This document shows, piece by piece, positions 61,270 to 64,000 of a stretch of 64,000 nucleotides of DNA. Below the pieces are notes generated by a model. The model made no database searches and was not told the origin of the DNA. It saw nothing but the letters and a program-made list of their open reading frames with translations. Numbering within the stretch: the stretch's first letter is position 1; every line of letters starts with the position of its first letter. A program made the translations under genes and the position numbers. The stretch lies in contig CP110439.1 in NCBI GenBank assembly GCA_026914245.1, positions 5,952,001 to 6,016,000 on the forward strand. Direction: 5' to 3'. The stretch is from Puccinia triticina. Lineage: Eukaryota.

Positions 61270-63999
61270 ACATTAAAAAATTGTTTAGTCCTTGTCCGGC
61301 AGATTTCACGCATTTAATAAAGGTCATTCATTCCCAAGAGCTGGTAATGATTAAAATGAATATAGAACTTTGATCTTGCTCTTGAGTGGAATTCCCATAA
61401 AGATTCAACTGATCCAACAAGTAGTTCTGAGCCATGTGGTTGAATCTGTAAGAATAGATTGAATCAGCAGATATCATAGATGGATGAAAGTGGAAAGATG
61501 AAAACACACAACAACAAAACATCCTGTTTGTTGATTTGAACTTGGCCAACTTGTTGGATTTTGCGGCTTGAGCAATGTTGAATCAATTCTTCAGGCACAT
61601 TGAGCTGATCCTCTTCTTTGATTTTGACTGGGTTTGAAAATGGGAATTTGTCATGTGGTATCAGATTTAAAGCGGAAACGTTGTACCCAAAAGACCGGCG
61701 GATGACTTCATTGTGTTGAAAAATTTTCTGGACTTCTTGTGAGGCACTGGTGTAAGTATGAGTTGGATGATCGTAGATAAAACTACCAGACATCAGAAAT
61801 CTAAGAGAATAATGATTTTCAAAAGTAATAGCTATATCTCTTCCGGGGCTTTGCTTATTTGAGTGAACTGATGCATTACGCAAGATACCGTTGAAGGATT
61901 CAAATTTTTCAGTAGAATATAGACTGGGTGGGCCAAAGCAAAGGATGGATTCAGGAAGATGTAGGAGGTGATGGAATTTCGGTTTGTTGACCCATTGCGC
62001 AGTGGTTTGTAATGCGTGATACATGAAGTTACGGATGTAAATCTTGATTCGTTTTTGATATTCTTCCATGTTATTGATTTTGGTCACAAATATAAACGGC
62101 ACCAGTTGACATACAGCCGTCCAGATTGCTTTGCGCTTGGGTGTTAGGAATTGGAAAAACACAAATGGAGCGGCTTGAACAAGAATCTTGAATTCCTTCC
62201 CGACCAAACTCTTGATGTGATTGACAAATGATTTTGCATTAATTGGCGGAATATTCAAGGCTTGCGTGTTGAATAACTGAAGTCGGGCCCTGAGTTCATT
62301 TTGCTGATGTGGTTTCAGTTTCTTGCCAGAAAGTGCATCTCTTGCAAGATACTTGACAAATCCAAGAAGTACGACGTGTAATATTTCAATGGGGGTATCC
62401 TTCACTCCATCAAAACCTAAATAAACACAAGAATGAATTTATTTGATCAAAAAAAAATTGCGGGCAAATTGTCCACATCCCCCACACATGAAGGAATCAC
62501 CCCAAAGATTAGAGACAAAAAAATACACTGACCTTTGAGCTTCAGATATGGACTGAACATCTTTTGCGACTCATCTGCTTCGATGAACTTCTCCATTTTC
62601 TCACAAATCTGTGGGTCTTTTGTATAATTCTCCAAAAAATGGTTATTCAATGAGTCTGTAACCCCATAACGACGCTTCTTTCTGATGAACTCTGCATTAC
62701 TCTCCTCAATTGCGGTAGAATATAATTCAACAGTTCTTTCACAGGTCTCAGACCATTTCCTTTTGCTTCCTGCTGCCTAAAAATCCAAACAAGTAGAAAA
62801 AATTAGCAAAAATATTTCAAAAGGAAACAGAGGAAAAAAACAAATGATACCTCAGAACCATCAGGATTGATTCTCAGGAATTGGAGAACGTAATCCAATG
62901 TATTCCGTTGATCCTTTCCTTCGGCATGTAAAGCACACATTTGACACGGATTAAGGGAGCTTCCGGGATTTGGTGTATTTGTTACCTCCGCATGCATCAG
63001 TGAGTCCGCCAAGAAACAGAAGACCAGTCCAGTAACCAAAACTTCTTCCATGATACTAGAATCAAACGCCATAAAACCTTCTCTTGTCACTTCACTAAAA
63101 TGGAACAAAAATAAATGAGATATCAAGCAATTGTGACTGATTGAAAAGGATGAGATAAAATGATGAAATGGATAGAATTAAATGGAAGAAACACTCACTT
63201 CATTTTGGCCACTATTTGACCAGAAATTTCCAATACATTTGCCCTATTTGAAGTAGATAAGAAATGGCAATTGTACTCTTGATTCAAGATTTGAGGAGGA
63301 AGACCAGACAAAGTAAAATAGAATGAAATGTGTTTATTGAATTTTTTCAACACATTTCCCAAAGTATCATCTGAATATAGAGTAATTGGAATATGTCGAA
63401 TAATTCTTCCATCGGCTTTGTCCCGCCAATCATTTGGTAAAGGAATCTTCTTTTGTTCTGCACCATTTTCCTCTGTAAGGATGGAATAATTTGTTATTAG
63501 TCACTTGAAACCATTTATTTTGATGAAATAAAAACAAATTACCATATAGTGCGCATTTTTCAGACAGCATTTTTCCATCTATTTCTATCTTCAAGTATGG
63601 CTTCTTGAATTGATTTGTGTGTATAGATGACAGATCTGGGTCCTGAAACAATATATCTTGTGTTATTTTAAGCTGGATGATTTGTTTGCCAGCATTGAGA
63701 TGTTCATTCATATCTGGTTTGATACATTTGGCATACAATTTGGAGTTGAGAGTGTAGAAAAAAACTGGAATGACAATTTCTGTTGACTCTAATTCAACGG
63801 GTTCAAAAATATAGTAGTGTTCGCCATCCACATCACACATTTGGGCCCGATGTTGTGGCGCCAAGTCTTCAAGCCATTTCTTCGATTGGGAAAATTTGAA
63901 GTGTGGGCCATCCGTCATTTCCGGGTAGTAATCGAGGTGTTTGCTCACTAATGGGTTGGCCAAGTCCTGTTTTTGATGATGTTTTTTTTGAAATTTCAA
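61270..63999 (-). pseudogene. Basidiomycete CACTA/CMC-related transposase, multi-exon, disrupted
   Basis: ITLYSDDTLGNVLKKFNKH, FLADSLMHAE, DTPIEILHVVLLGFVKY, KPKFHHLLHL..FGPP..TEKFESFN. Interrupted by the gypsy. Confidence 0.8.
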
Positions 64000-64000
64000 T

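Larger units (their letters stand above)
46532..64000 (-). mobile_element. CACTA/CMC-related element extending beyond the window, interrupted by gypsy 48407-61269
   Basis: CACCACGGG terminus exactly at the gypsy truncation point, subterminal repeats, and transposase exons at 48005-48406 and 61270-63999. Other end not visible. Confidence 0.65.

Overview
Repeat-dense eukaryotic DNA, inferred to be a rust fungus (Pucciniales) from short GT-AG introns, the transposon families present and pervasive TCG>TTG mutation. No clearly intact host protein gene is present. From left to right: 173-bp satellite arrays around an SDR pseudogene and a tRNA-Thr(AGT)-like gene; then a Ty1/copia element split between gag (30767-31550) and pol (6296-9332) by a three-level nest of CACTA/CMC-type TIR elements (9333-30766 TSD GAA > 10882-30681 TSD AGA > 13272-30511). 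The innermost element carries a Tnp2 transposase and two divergent cargo genes with HeH/LEM-like N-termini, one also with FG repeats. Next come nested non-autonomous foldback elements, an AP-endonuclease pseudogene, a 28-bp hairpin minisatellite, a decayed hAT, a truncated gypsy with a -1 frameshift site, and a CACTA-related element. That element's transposase is interrupted by a young 12.9-kb gypsy (LTRs nearly identical). The young gypsy is the most unusual object. Its gag-protease and RT-RH-IN frames are about 2.6 kb apart, canonical splice signals could join them in frame, and the gap holds an apparently intact three-exon antisense gene.
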